Below, in pieces: positions 8,494-17,388 of a DNA stretch of 34,301 bases. The stretch lies in IMG/VR virus record IMGVR_UViG_3300043118_000026, positions 1-34,301 of that record; one strand, written 5' to 3'. Position 1 is the stretch's first letter, and every line of letters begins with the position of its first letter. The stretch comes from a virus. Taxonomy: Duplodnaviria > Caudoviricetes. Position numbers and translations under genes: made by a program. Under the pieces are notes generated by a model, which did not search any database, was not told the origin of the DNA, and was given only the letters and a program-made list of their open reading frames with translations.

Positions 8494-9366
8494 ATGTTGA
8501 ACAATTGGATTCGAGTGCCGCTTGGAATGGCGGCGGGTCTTTTGGTGTACGCCCTGGTTTCTCAGGCCGGCGAGGACCGCACCCTGGATATGAAAATCAG
8601 CGCAGAGAACGCGACACAGGAAGACATACAGAAGGCCAAGGGCTACCTGGACGGTTTTCTGGAATCCTGCCCAACCATCTTTAATGAATTTGAAGACCGC
8701 ATTGCTGAAGGTCCCGAGATTGAGCTTAAGACCCCCATGCCTTACCGGGAGGACACTTACGGCTGGCCCCTGGAGGTTGCCGTCAAGCTCGTTGTGAAGG
8801 CTGACGGAGGCGTGGCCAGTGGGCATCATCTGCGGTACTACATGTGGAATGACGCCTGGCTTACGGGAAAACACCAAGGTGCTGAGTTCTGCGGCCGAGA
8901 AGGAGAACAGGTAAGAGATACTGTGGTTTACACCAAGGGGGAGCCCGCCAGCAACGCGCCCATCCCCGTTGAAGTCGACGAGGCCGAAAAAGCCGAATCG
9001 AAAAAACTCGCAAGTGACCTCGGGCTCAAATACGGGCAGAAGTACAGCTACACCGAGTGGAGACAGGAAACGCTGGAAGGATTCCGCTTCCATGTCCCCG
9101 CTATTGGCGACTGCGGTACCTGGACCGAGCCCAAGGACTGCGAGCGGCATGCCAGTATTGGAGGGGTGGAGACCATTTTCTGCTCTCACGGCGAAGACCG
9201 TTATGGTGATTGCGTCACCCCCGGCGATGGCCCCTTCCTGGAAACCTACTACCTGACCGAGCATGATGTGACCCTCTTGGCAGAGGAACATCTGACCGAT
9301 GAGGGAAGCTACTTCAAGCTGCTGCAGCTGGCCCGGGGCCGGCAGCCTGACCTCTACAAAAACTAG
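8494..9366 (+). CDS. Antisense moron, predicted exported or membrane-anchored protein (~290 aa)
   Basis: Only credible + strand gene. Fills the gap between tape measure and gp43, has GGAGG RBS before ATG 8494, a hydrophobic N-terminus ending SQA and six Cys. Confidence 0.8.
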   Translation: MLNNWIRVPLGMAAGLLVYALVSQAGEDRTLDMKISAENATQEDIQKAKGYLDGFLESCPTIFNEFEDRIAEGPEIELKTPMPYREDTYGWPLEVAVKLVVKADGGVASGHHLRYYMWNDAWLTGKHQGAEFCGREGEQVRDTVVYTKGEPASNAPIPVEVDEAEKAESKKLASDLGLKYGQKYSYTEWRQETLEGFRFHVPAIGDCGTWTEPKDCERHASIGGVETIFCSHGEDRYGDCVTPGDGPFLETYYLTEHDVTLLAEEHLTDEGSYFKLLQLARGRQPDLYKN

Positions 9367-9368
9367 GG

Positions 9369-11210
9369 TCATGGCCACAACCCCCAGGCACCGGAATCCA
9401 CATCCAGATCGGGTCCGCCCGGGCCCTTTTCTGGCGTGACACTTCTAACGCGGCCTTCCTGGTCAACCTGAATTCTAACGGTGCTCTCGCGCTGGTCGTT
9501 GAAGTTCACTGCCCGCTGAGCCTCATCAAATCCCAGCGCAGCCAGTGCCCTCGCCACACCTTCCCCAATCGCTTCGCCAATATCGCGGCCGGTCTCGGTA
9601 CCCAGCGGGCCTTTGTCGGTTAGCAGGTTGTCGTTGATGAGGGTGCCGACACCGTAGCCAGCAGCCCCGGCACCGCCAACAGCCAGGCCAGCAGTACCCA
9701 TGGCCCCAAGGCCTGCGGCGGGAATCATCCGGAGGGAGGGCGCACGGCGCGCCACCTGCCAGTTGCTAAGACGGTTTACCCGGTGCCTTGGCAAGCCAGC
9801 GCGGCTACCACGGCGGCCACCAAAACCACCAGTGCCTGACCCGCCACCGAGCCCACCACCCGGCATATTCACAACATAGACCGGCTGCACACCGGCCACT
9901 TCTTCCAGTGCCTTGCCGGCTGCAACGCCGGCACCGACACCACCGAACCGCTGGAGCAACTTACCACCACCCTTGGCCAGGGCGAGGCCGCCCGCAGCAG
10001 CCGCCACGCCGCCTCCAAGAAGCTCTTTGCCGCTCAGGTTCTGCTCATCAAGCAGGTACTTCACCGCGTTTTCAACGGCCTCATTGATGGGTTTGGCGAA
10101 CTCATCCGCCGCACTGCTAAGGGCGTTTTTAAGGCGGGCCACCTGGTCAACTGAATTCGACAACGCCTCTTCAAGATCCTTGCTGATTGTGCCGGCGCTG
10201 TTCGCAATGTCCCTGGTCTTTGTCCTGGCTCCAGCAATAGCGTCTCCGGACAACAGAGTACGAAGCCCTTTGATCGTATCCAGGTCAGCATTTCCAAAGG
10301 CAGCTTCAATAGCGGATGAGCGTTGCTGATCGGTCTCCAATTGCTGGTACTGCTTGGCAATGTCGCCCAGGACATCGAAGGCGGCCCGACGGTCGCCTTC
10401 TGCGTTATAGAAGCTTACGCCGGTGACCCGCTGGGCGCGCTCCATATACTTGGCATTGTTGAACAGGCGAAGCGTGGAATCCGCCAGGGTTGCAAGGCGC
10501 TCTGGGTTTCTTTCAATCATCGAAAGCTGCTCGATGAAGCCCAGGGTGTCCGCAAATCCAAGACCGGCCGATTTAGCGTTAACACCAACACGGGCAAAGA
10601 TACTGGAGAGATCTTCCAGCTCAGCATTACCCAGGCGCCCGGCCTCGGTCATCTGATCAATCAGGGAAATGGCGGTTTTTGGATTGGATAAGTCAAACTT
10701 GAACGCCTCTCCAGCTACACCAACTGCAGACGCCAACACCTCAGCATTGGCACCCGTTACCGCCATCGCCGGGTTAATCGCGATGATAGTGGCCAAAGCC
10801 TGTTCCCATGACTGGCCAGCCTGGATAAGGCTGTTGAAGCCGTTCAGAAGGGAGTTTAAGGACTGACCGGTTTCCTCGCTCATGCGGTGCAGTTCTTCGC
10901 GCAGAATCTGGGACTGCTCAACCGTAGCGCCCGCAGTTTGGCGGATCTGGATCAACTGCTTATCCAGCTTCGCCGACTCAACAGCAACGCGAACCCCCGC
11001 ATAAGCGCCGGCTGCGCCGCCGAGCATGGCGGTGTATTTGCCCCCCAGGGATTCCAAGGTACGCCCCAGGCCACCAGCAACCCGTTGCAGCCGGCCCATA
11101 TGGCGGCTGCCATTAGTGGACAGCTGGCGCATGGAGTTTTCATAACGCCTGGCGTTTTGCTCCAGGTTGCCCCGCAGGTTCATCACCACACTGGCGCGCA
11201 ATTCACTCAT
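9369..11210 (-). CDS. Tape measure protein (Mu gp42 position)
   Basis: 613 aa Ala/Gly-rich helical protein after the tail chaperones, QPVYVVNMPG motif. Confidence 0.92.
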   Translation of the reverse strand: MSELRASVVMNLRGNLEQNARRYENSMRQLSTNGSRHMGRLQRVAGGLGRTLESLGGKYTAMLGGAAGAYAGVRVAVESAKLDKQLIQIRQTAGATVEQSQILREELHRMSEETGQSLNSLLNGFNSLIQAGQSWEQALATIIAINPAMAVTGANAEVLASAVGVAGEAFKFDLSNPKTAISLIDQMTEAGRLGNAELEDLSSIFARVGVNAKSAGLGFADTLGFIEQLSMIERNPERLATLADSTLRLFNNAKYMERAQRVTGVSFYNAEGDRRAAFDVLGDIAKQYQQLETDQQRSSAIEAAFGNADLDTIKGLRTLLSGDAIAGARTKTRDIANSAGTISKDLEEALSNSVDQVARLKNALSSAADEFAKPINEAVENAVKYLLDEQNLSGKELLGGGVAAAAGGLALAKGGGKLLQRFGGVGAGVAAGKALEEVAGVQPVYVVNMPGGGLGGGSGTGGFGGRRGSRAGLPRHRVNRLSNWQVARRAPSLRMIPAAGLGAMGTAGLAVGGAGAAGYGVGTLINDNLLTDKGPLGTETGRDIGEAIGEGVARALAALGFDEAQRAVNFNDQRESTVRIQVDQEGRVRSVTPEKGPGGPDLDVDSGAWGLWP

Positions 11211-11359
11211 TCGGATTCGTCCTTACGGGCTTGGTTTATGTAGCGGTAGAGTTGGCGGATGGTGAGGCCGCGTTGTTCGGCCTCGCTCCATCCGGTTATC
11301 GTGGCGACCTTCCAGATGACCTTACTCAGCGCCCGGGCGGCCGCCTTCGTCTCGCCCCC
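11207..11359 (-). CDS. C-terminal part of the frameshifted tail chaperone (G-T equivalent)
   Basis: Open -2/+1 frame overlapping the chaperone end (TGWSEAE..GLTIRQL), entered at CGG GGG CGA, ending over the tape-measure start. Confidence 0.75.
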   Translation of the reverse strand, partial: GGETKAAARALSKVIWKVATITGWSEAEQRGLTIRQLYRYINQARKDESE

Positions 11360-11723
11360 GCCGGACAACCTCCTTTTGCACCTGATTGGAGCCGCCAGCA
11401 TCAAAGTTGCCGGTTACGGCCAACAGCAAGTCCAGGTCTTCCGGGTCCAGCTTGCGCAGCAGCTTTTCATCCAGCGGGCCGCTGATATCGCCGATGGAGA
11501 CGATCTGCCGGCGCAACACTTCCACGCTGCTGCGGGAAGGGCTGGAGATCAGCATGGGCTCTGCGCCGCCTTCGGGCGTGGGCACCATCATCAGGCGCTC
11601 GGAGGCTTCCTGGGCGTCCAGGATGTCGCCGGCGGTGGGCTCACGCAGCACCACTTCCTTGTGGGTGTCCTCGCCGATCGCCAGGCCGTGAATCAACGTG
11701 ATGGTTACTCGGGTTTTGGACAT
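11322..11723 (-). CDS. Tail assembly chaperone (Mu gp41)
   Basis: L.HGL.IG..THKEVVLREPTAGDILDA and LRRQI..IG.I.GP motifs, between tube and tape measure. Confidence 0.9.
   Translation of the reverse strand: MSKTRVTITLIHGLAIGEDTHKEVVLREPTAGDILDAQEASERLMMVPTPEGGAEPMLISSPSRSSVEVLRRQIVSIGDISGPLDEKLLRKLDPEDLDLLLAVTGNFDAGGSNQVQKEVVRRGRDEGGRPGAE
11352..11360 (-). promoter_or_regulatory. Programmed -2 frameshift site CGG GGG CGA
   Basis: In frame with the chaperone. A GGG to GGG re-pairing by -2 enters the downstream ORF. Confidence 0.75.
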
Positions 11724-12085
11724 TAGATGCGCTCCACTCCGAAGGCGCCCCAGTTCAGGCGCACGTTACCGTTTCCGCTGCCCAGCTCGATGGTGTCCGT
11801 TACGAATGCACGGCGCAGCATGTAGGTGTCGCCGGTGTCGGTCTCAAAGAGAACCGTTGCACCGGTGATCTTGCCGAGGGCTATCAGGTCCGTCTTGGCG
11901 GTGTGGCGCACAGTGGTAGAAAGCGCGGGAGCTTCCGGGCTCTCCTGGAAGCCCTGCACCCCGTGCGGGCCCATCACAGCCTGACGGCTCACTCCCCCGA
12001 CATTCAGGGTGGCGTCAACGTCGGCAAGTAGCTCCTCGCCGTCCACCTTTACGGTGGCCTTGCCGGTAATTTGACCTTCGCTCAT
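11723..12085 (-). CDS. Tail tube protein (Mu gpM)
   Basis: 120 aa after sheath, ITG.A.VKVDG..L and GGVSR..V.G motifs. Confidence 0.9.
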   Translation of the reverse strand: MSEGQITGKATVKVDGEELLADVDATLNVGGVSRQAVMGPHGVQGFQESPEAPALSTTVRHTAKTDLIALGKITGATVLFETDTGDTYMLRRAFVTDTIELGSGNGNVRLNWGAFGVERI

Positions 12086-12119
12086 GGTTCTTTACTCTCC
12101 TGCGTTTAAGGGCAGCCCG

Positions 12120-13598
12120 TTACTGCCGGAACTGGGTCTGCATCGCGTGGGTGCGGTACTGACCAACCAGCTTCGGCGAGTCGATCACGTTCAGGCGCTT
12201 GGGGTTGTCCGGGTCGATGCTGACGACCAGGCTTTCCTTGTAGCCTTCGTAGTCCTGGGCCCAGCCGGCCTGGATGAAGTCCTGGTATAGGTCCAGCAGT
12301 TCCGCCTTGGCCACCTTCGGGGTCACGATCGGCTGGCCGGCGCCGAACAGTGCGGCGTCTGCATCCTCTGCCAATTTGTGGCGCGGGAACTTGGACAGAA
12401 TGCGACTGACCTGCTCGTACCGGATGCGCTCCAGGGTTTCGGGTACCTGGATGTCCAGGTACGCGTCACTGGCAATGCCGGCGTCGTTCTGCTGGAAGGT
12501 GGTGATTTCCCGCTCAATGCGCACGGTGCCGTCATCGGCCACAGTGAATGTCGCGATACCATCAAACAGCAGCAGGTTGCGTTCGGCATTGGTCCACGCC
12601 TTGGAGGTGCGCGGGCCAATCAACCCGGGCAATTCCAGGTATTGCAGCGGGCGGGCCGGGTCATTGCTCAGCGACCCGGAAGCCACCATGGCGTAGGTTG
12701 CGGCCCACAACCAGGTGGGACTGGCCGCGTGGTTGGTACCCATCACCGTCAGATGGGGGCTGTTGTGGTTGCCGCCGAAATCGCCGGTTTCCGAGTGGGT
12801 GCCCCGGAACGCACCAAAGGCGCGGCCACCTTGCTGCACCATTGGGCCGAAGCGCCGGTCCAGCTCGTCTTTCAGCACACCGAGGTTGGCCGTGTCGTTA
12901 TAGGGGCAAACGAGATGGTGGTACCACTGATCACCCATCACATCGATGGCCGCCGCCAGATCCGGGTTGGCGCTGCCGTTGGCCATGGCGGTGAACGACA
13001 CAGAGAGACCGGCCGGGGTTTCCTCGTCCTGGCGGTTCAGGTCCAGGTCAATGTCGTTGCCGGTTTCGCCTTTCCAGCGGCAGGTCAGGTCCACCTTGGC
13101 CGTATCGGTGTCATTCACCACAGCCGTTACCGGCAGGCGGTCATCAGCGCTGATGGCATCCACAATGGACTGGGCTACGTCTGAGGCCTGGTCAGTGGCA
13201 GCAACGCCCACCCGCAAGCGGTACCCGGCAATGTAGAGCGCCAGGGTGCCGGGCACGGTCGCGGTACCGGACACGGTCAGGCTGCCACTTGCAGCTGCGG
13301 CGGCGGGGTCGTCATCCAGGGCGATGGCCACGGTTTCCTGGAACGGGTTAACTTTGAGCGCAACACGCAGCATCTCGGCAATCATGGAGCCACGGCCGTA
13401 GTAGCGCTCTGCCTGCTCGGGGCTGGTTACGCGGTCGATCTCTCCGGCCTGCTTTGAGCCATTTTCATTACGCTGGCCCAGCACCAGCAGGCGGGTTTGC
13501 CACACGCCGCTGTTGGCCAAGCGGTCATCAAATTCAATGAACACGCCCGGCAGGCGCAGGTCACTGGGGATGTTGTTAAAAACACCGGCGGTAATCAT
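12120..13598 (-). CDS. Tail sheath protein (Mu gpL)
   Basis: FNNIP..LR.PGVFIEFD, YGRGSM, DPARPLQ.L.L.G, KFPRHKLA motifs. Confidence 0.95.
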   Translation of the reverse strand: MITAGVFNNIPSDLRLPGVFIEFDDRLANSGVWQTRLLVLGQRNENGSKQAGEIDRVTSPEQAERYYGRGSMIAEMLRVALKVNPFQETVAIALDDDPAAAAASGSLTVSGTATVPGTLALYIAGYRLRVGVAATDQASDVAQSIVDAISADDRLPVTAVVNDTDTAKVDLTCRWKGETGNDIDLDLNRQDEETPAGLSVSFTAMANGSANPDLAAAIDVMGDQWYHHLVCPYNDTANLGVLKDELDRRFGPMVQQGGRAFGAFRGTHSETGDFGGNHNSPHLTVMGTNHAASPTWLWAATYAMVASGSLSNDPARPLQYLELPGLIGPRTSKAWTNAERNLLLFDGIATFTVADDGTVRIEREITTFQQNDAGIASDAYLDIQVPETLERIRYEQVSRILSKFPRHKLAEDADAALFGAGQPIVTPKVAKAELLDLYQDFIQAGWAQDYEGYKESLVVSIDPDNPKRLNVIDSPKLVGQYRTHAMQTQFRQ

Positions 13599-13601
13599 CG
13601 C

Positions 13602-13841
13602 TTACTCCTCGGCCTGGGTTTTGGTGGATTTTGCGGCGGGTTTGGCACTCGCTTCCTTCGGCGGCTTCGCCTCTACCAGGTCGCCATCACGCATGCGCCG
13701 GCGGATGTACTGGTTGGGCTCTACCCAGGCACCAGCGGCCGGAATGGGTTTGCCGTTTTCCCGGCGCACCTGCAGCACACCTTCGGCGGGCTTTTTGGGG
13801 TTACGCTGGCGCGGCTGTACATAAATCGGTTTGCGGGCCAC
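13602..13841 (-). CDS. Mu gp38/DUF2635-like small tail protein
   Basis: GAWV..NQY..RRMRDGDLV motif, synteny. Confidence 0.8.
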   Translation of the reverse strand: MARKPIYVQPRQRNPKKPAEGVLQVRRENGKPIPAAGAWVEPNQYIRRRMRDGDLVEAKPPKEASAKPAAKSTKTQAEE

Positions 13842-13844
13842 GGA

Positions 13845-14405
13845 TTATTCCTCCTGGTTCAGCTCTGCCCGGCTGTGCAGCTCGGGATCGTTGTCACCAC
13901 CCACCTGGTGGGTGCCGGTATAAAGCTCGAAATCGTTCAGGGTGTTGGCGTCGAACGGAGCCTTGAAGTTGAGGGGCAGGCGGTAGGCAATGCCGTAAAT
14001 CACCACCCCTTCCTTGTCGAAGCGCTCTGAATACAGGTTGTCGATGCTGTCCAGCTCCAAAGTGCCAATGCCTTCCACTTTCAGGGCGTGGACGGCTGGG
14101 GCTACGCGCTCAACCAGCTCATACGCACCCACCTGGCGCTCATTGCCCCGGCGGCGTTCACGTTCGCCACTGGCGTGGGACGTCACCACGTACACCACGT
14201 AACGCCCACCCACGGCGGCCTGATTGGTGGTGTTCGACGGGCTCTTGCCGCCACCCCAAGCCACATAAACACCTGGTGTTTTGCGCAGGGCCGCGCGCAA
14301 GGTTGCCTCACTCCATCGGCCTGGCAGGTCTTCCACGGTTTTCACGTGGTTGCCCAGCACCAGTTGGCAGCGGGCAATAATTGCGTCTTCCACTTCGGCC
14401 AGCAT
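13845..14405 (-). CDS. Mu gp37/DUF1834-like tail completion protein
   Basis: EVEDAII.R, PGVYVAW.G, VGAYEL motifs, synteny. Confidence 0.85.
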   Translation of the reverse strand: MLAEVEDAIIARCQLVLGNHVKTVEDLPGRWSEATLRAALRKTPGVYVAWGGGKSPSNTTNQAAVGGRYVVYVVTSHASGERERRRGNERQVGAYELVERVAPAVHALKVEGIGTLELDSIDNLYSERFDKEGVVIYGIAYRLPLNFKAPFDANTLNDFELYTGTHQVGGDNDPELHSRAELNQEE

Positions 14406-14809
14406 CAGAAGCCACCTCCACCGAAAACGCGACGGCCGGCGTCAAACTGCACATCACCCACCGACGACTCAGCAGGCACCCGGGCGCCCAGCTTTACGTC
14501 ACCCCTGGAGACCGAACGCAGAAACTTCACGGCATCTTCGTAGCGCTTGCGCACCTGTTCGGTGGCGCGGTCGTCGTACAGGCGATACCGGGCGATGTCT
14601 GCGCAGTAGGCGGTAACGATGAGCGGTACCGGGTCCATCGGCACCGGGTAGCCGGCGGCGGAAATAAAGCCGTCCATTTCGCCGGTGGCGTCTTCAATCG
14701 CGCGGTCTACCACGGCCTGGTCTACGGCCTGGCCGGTCTCGTCGTGGGCCAGGTCCAGCAGTTCGTCTTCACCAAACCGCTTAACCAGGTCATCCAGGGT
14801 GCAGTACAT
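14405..14809 (-). CDS. Head-tail connector Mu gp36/DUF1320-like
   Basis: MYCT..DL..RFG..EL, DIARYRL, RYEDAVKFL..V..G motifs. Confidence 0.92.
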   Translation of the reverse strand: MYCTLDDLVKRFGEDELLDLAHDETGQAVDQAVVDRAIEDATGEMDGFISAAGYPVPMDPVPLIVTAYCADIARYRLYDDRATEQVRKRYEDAVKFLRSVSRGDVKLGARVPAESSVGDVQFDAGRRVFGGGGF

Positions 14810-14815
14810 TGCCGG

Positions 14816-15373
14816 TTACTCCTCGGGCTCGGCCTGGTAGGTGATCTCTTCCACATCCAGCGCCGGGTCTTCCTTGATGGCCTTCACCTGGTCCTTGGTG
14901 AGGGATTCCAGGTCCACGCCCATGCCTTCGCGGTTGAAGCGGATGCCAGCGCGGCGGCGGCTGCCTACACGGCGCTTGGTGCGCACCCACAGGGCCGGCT
15001 TTTCCTCAGGCTTTGCGGCCTGCAATTCTTTGCCCTGGTCTTCGCCCTGGGTATCGCCTTGATCGTCTCCACCAGGCTTGGCGTCATCATCCTTGGAGCC
15101 CTCCTGCTCGCCGGAGTTGTCGCCCTGGTTGTCCTGGGGCTCGGAGTCTTTGTCCTGGTCTTCGCCCGGCTTGTCGTTTTCAGCCGGTGCGGGGTTGTCC
15201 TTGCCGGTTTCACCAGGTGCGGTGTCCTGCTGCTTTTCCGCGTCCTTGGGCTCGGGCTGGGTTGCCTGGTTGGCATCCCCGGCCGCTGAATTCTGTTCGG
15301 CCTTTTTGGCCTCGGCGGCGGCCTTGGTGCTGGCTGCGGCCTTGTTTTTTGCGGTGCTGTTACGTGCTGCCAT
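14816..15373 (-). CDS. Mu gp35/HI1506-like protein with long acidic low-complexity region
   Basis: C-terminal RRRAG.RF...L...Q...I..DP.L.V motif, directly after capsid. Confidence 0.7.
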   Translation of the reverse strand: MAARNSTAKNKAAASTKAAAEAKKAEQNSAAGDANQATQPEPKDAEKQQDTAPGETGKDNPAPAENDKPGEDQDKDSEPQDNQGDNSGEQEGSKDDDAKPGGDDQGDTQGEDQGKELQAAKPEEKPALWVRTKRRVGSRRRAGIRFNREGMGVDLESLTKDQVKAIKEDPALDVEEITYQAEPEE

Positions 15374-15386
15374 GATCGGTCTCCTG

Positions 15387-15417
15387 AAAAACCCGCCCCA
15401 CGCGGGAGCGGGTTTTC
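15387..15417 (-). terminator. Intrinsic terminator after major capsid gene
   Basis: - strand AAAACCCGCTCC-CGCGT-GGGGCGGGTTTTT, a GC stem plus U tract, potentially bidirectional. Confidence 0.8.
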
Positions 15418-15443
15418 TAACGCTTCATCGTTCGCCTAACGCC

Positions 15444-16346
15444 TTAGCTGCTCGGCAGCCAGGGGTTGAGGATCAGCTTGGATGTGTTGGCCCACTCGTT
15501 GGTCTCGCCACCGGTGGCCAGGCTGTTTTGCAACACCTTGCGGGCGGGGCCTTCCATGTTGCTGGGCACCATGGTGTGGCTGTGACGCAGCGCCAGCGGG
15601 CGGCCGTAGTCGCCTTTCATCTGCTGCAGGCGCTTACGGGCCGCCTCGTAGTTGGCCGCCGTGAACTCCTGCTTGGAGCGAACCACCAGTTGCCACAGGC
15701 CGGGACCTGCGTTAACCCGAGCATCCACACCGAACAGGAACTGATCGGTCATAAACACCTGCGCGTCATTCAGGTTGGTGATGGGCCGGAAGTTGTAATC
15801 ACGGCGCTTCTGGAAGACAAAAGGCTTGATCGCGCGGGTAGCGTCCATGACGTACCAGGCCGGGCCGGTGCCGCCCATGTCGTTGCTGACGGACTGCTCG
15901 TTGCCCTTTTCATCCAGTACGGGGTGGTCTGCATCAAACAGCGGCTGGCCGTCGTAGCACTCAGGGTTGCTCTGCATGACCTCTACAACCAGCTCATTCG
16001 GGTGCTCACCCGAGCTGCGGCCGAATTCCTGGAACACAGGTGCATACAGGCCGTAGGTGTCGTCTTCAATGTTGTCGCGCGGTACGCCTTCGGTCAGCTC
16101 GAACTTGCGGTTCTTGATGCTGAAGCCGGCGCTTTCCAGAGAGTTGACCACCCGATCACCAATCCACTCACGCATGCGCGGCAGGCTTTTCAGGAACGGG
16201 TAGACCTCTACGCCCGTGGTACTGGGAACCACAGTGGTGAAAGCTTTGTAGAGGCCTGCGTCATCACCCAGAGAGGACATGCCCTCCTGGAATTGCGTCT
16301 TGTAGCCCTGGAACAGGGCTTGGAGATTTGCGTTATTCAAATCCAT
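15444..16346 (-). CDS. Major capsid protein (Mu gpT)
   Basis: PRMREWIGDR, IEDD.YG.Y.P, CYDGQPLFD.DHPV, FLFGVDAR.NAG.G.WQ motifs. Confidence 0.96.
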   Translation of the reverse strand: MDLNNANLQALFQGYKTQFQEGMSSLGDDAGLYKAFTTVVPSTTGVEVYPFLKSLPRMREWIGDRVVNSLESAGFSIKNRKFELTEGVPRDNIEDDTYGLYAPVFQEFGRSSGEHPNELVVEVMQSNPECYDGQPLFDADHPVLDEKGNEQSVSNDMGGTGPAWYVMDATRAIKPFVFQKRRDYNFRPITNLNDAQVFMTDQFLFGVDARVNAGPGLWQLVVRSKQEFTAANYEAARKRLQQMKGDYGRPLALRHSHTMVPSNMEGPARKVLQNSLATGGETNEWANTSKLILNPWLPSS

Positions 16347-16360
16347 CGGATTACTCCTGA

Positions 16361-16795
16361 TTAGTTAGCGGCAACGCCGTTGGTGGGGTCGATGTTTACC
16401 CACACACCGGCATCGTCCACGCCGTCGATAAGGCCGGCAGGTGAGCGGCTGCTGGTGGCGCTGGTAAGGGCCACGGTCTGGTCATCGACGATGTAACAGA
16501 CCTTGCCGGCATCAGCGGCGGTGATCTCGTCGGCGCTGGTGCTGTTGACAAAGAGGAAGTTGCCGCGAGAAACCGCCGCCAGCTTTTCGCCATCGGCGCC
16601 ATCGGTGTTGTCCACGTACTCGTCAAACCGGCCCAGGGCAACAAGCCCGGTAGCGGTGGCGCCCGGCTTGGCGAAGCCGTCCGCGCCCATTACGGCGATG
16701 GTGCCGGCATGGCACAGCACGCCGCCTTTCACGGCATGACCACGCACGCCGCCGGCGCGCTGTGGGGTGTTTCGGTTTTTGTTGGCCGCTGCCAT
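16361..16795 (-). CDS. Probable head decoration/cement protein
   Basis: 144 aa Ala/Gly-rich protein between protease and capsid, CYIVDDQTV..T....RSPAG motif. Confidence 0.7.
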   Translation of the reverse strand: MAAANKNRNTPQRAGGVRGHAVKGGVLCHAGTIAVMGADGFAKPGATATGLVALGRFDEYVDNTDGADGEKLAAVSRGNFLFVNSTSADEITAADAGKVCYIVDDQTVALTSATSSRSPAGLIDGVDDAGVWVNIDPTNGVAAN

Positions 16796-16830
16796 CAGGT
16801 TGTCCTCCCGTTATTCAGTGGGGTCAGTGA

Positions 16831-17388
16831 TCAGGCCTGGGCGGCCAGATTCTTGCGGTAAGTTTCGGGGTCCAGCCCCATGTTTTTGCAGACGGCCAGC
16901 TGCTCTTCCGTCAGCTGCTTGTCATCGCCATCCTTGGGCGGCTTTCGGCCATCCACCTGGGTGGCGCCCTTCAGGGCCGCGATGCCCGGCGCGTCTTTCA
17001 GGTGCGCCTTCAGAGCCGCAACGCCCTGACCACGGAGCCAATCGGCATGGGCCTTGCCAGCAATGCGGCCGTCTTTCAGGCCAGCGTCAATCAGCTCTTC
17101 CAGTTCCTTGGTTTCGCCACCCTGCTTGAGCACGGCCAGCTGCTGGTTGAGTTCGTTGTAGACCGCTACCGGCACATAGCCGGTGAGGTCCGGCTCGGCG
17201 GCTTTCGCCTTGCTCTTGAGCGCGGCTACGGCTTCGGTGGGTTTGTCGTCGTCGCCCAGCTCCAGGGCCTGGCGGATTTCGTCGGTCTGGCCGGCCTTGG
17301 ATTTGAGGGCCGCCAGTTCCTGGTTGATCTGCTCATCGGTGGCGTCGGCCTTCAGGCCCAGCGCCTTGATCAGTTCTTCACGTTTCAC
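16831..17388 (-). CDS. Scaffolding protein Z (internal in-frame start in I)
   Basis: In-frame GTG at 17388 preceded by CAGGAGG, helical C-terminal half. Mu I/Z has this arrangement. Confidence 0.7.
   Translation of the reverse strand: MKREELIKALGLKADATDEQINQELAALKSKAGQTDEIRQALELGDDDKPTEAVAALKSKAKAAEPDLTGYVPVAVYNELNQQLAVLKQGGETKELEELIDAGLKDGRIAGKAHADWLRGQGVAALKAHLKDAPGIAALKGATQVDGRKPPKDGDDKQLTEEQLAVCKNMGLDPETYRKNLAAQA

Noticed and set aside
8455-9378. 307-aa - strand ORF co-oriented with the tail operon
   Set aside because: Reads like an antisense translation. The + strand ORF has a strong RBS, a signal peptide and natural composition.
1545-13147. Other CTGATGA matches on the - strand (about 1546, 4114, 11590, 13141)
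   Set aside because: All lie in coding sequence and I saw no correctly placed GAAA, stems and NUH site.
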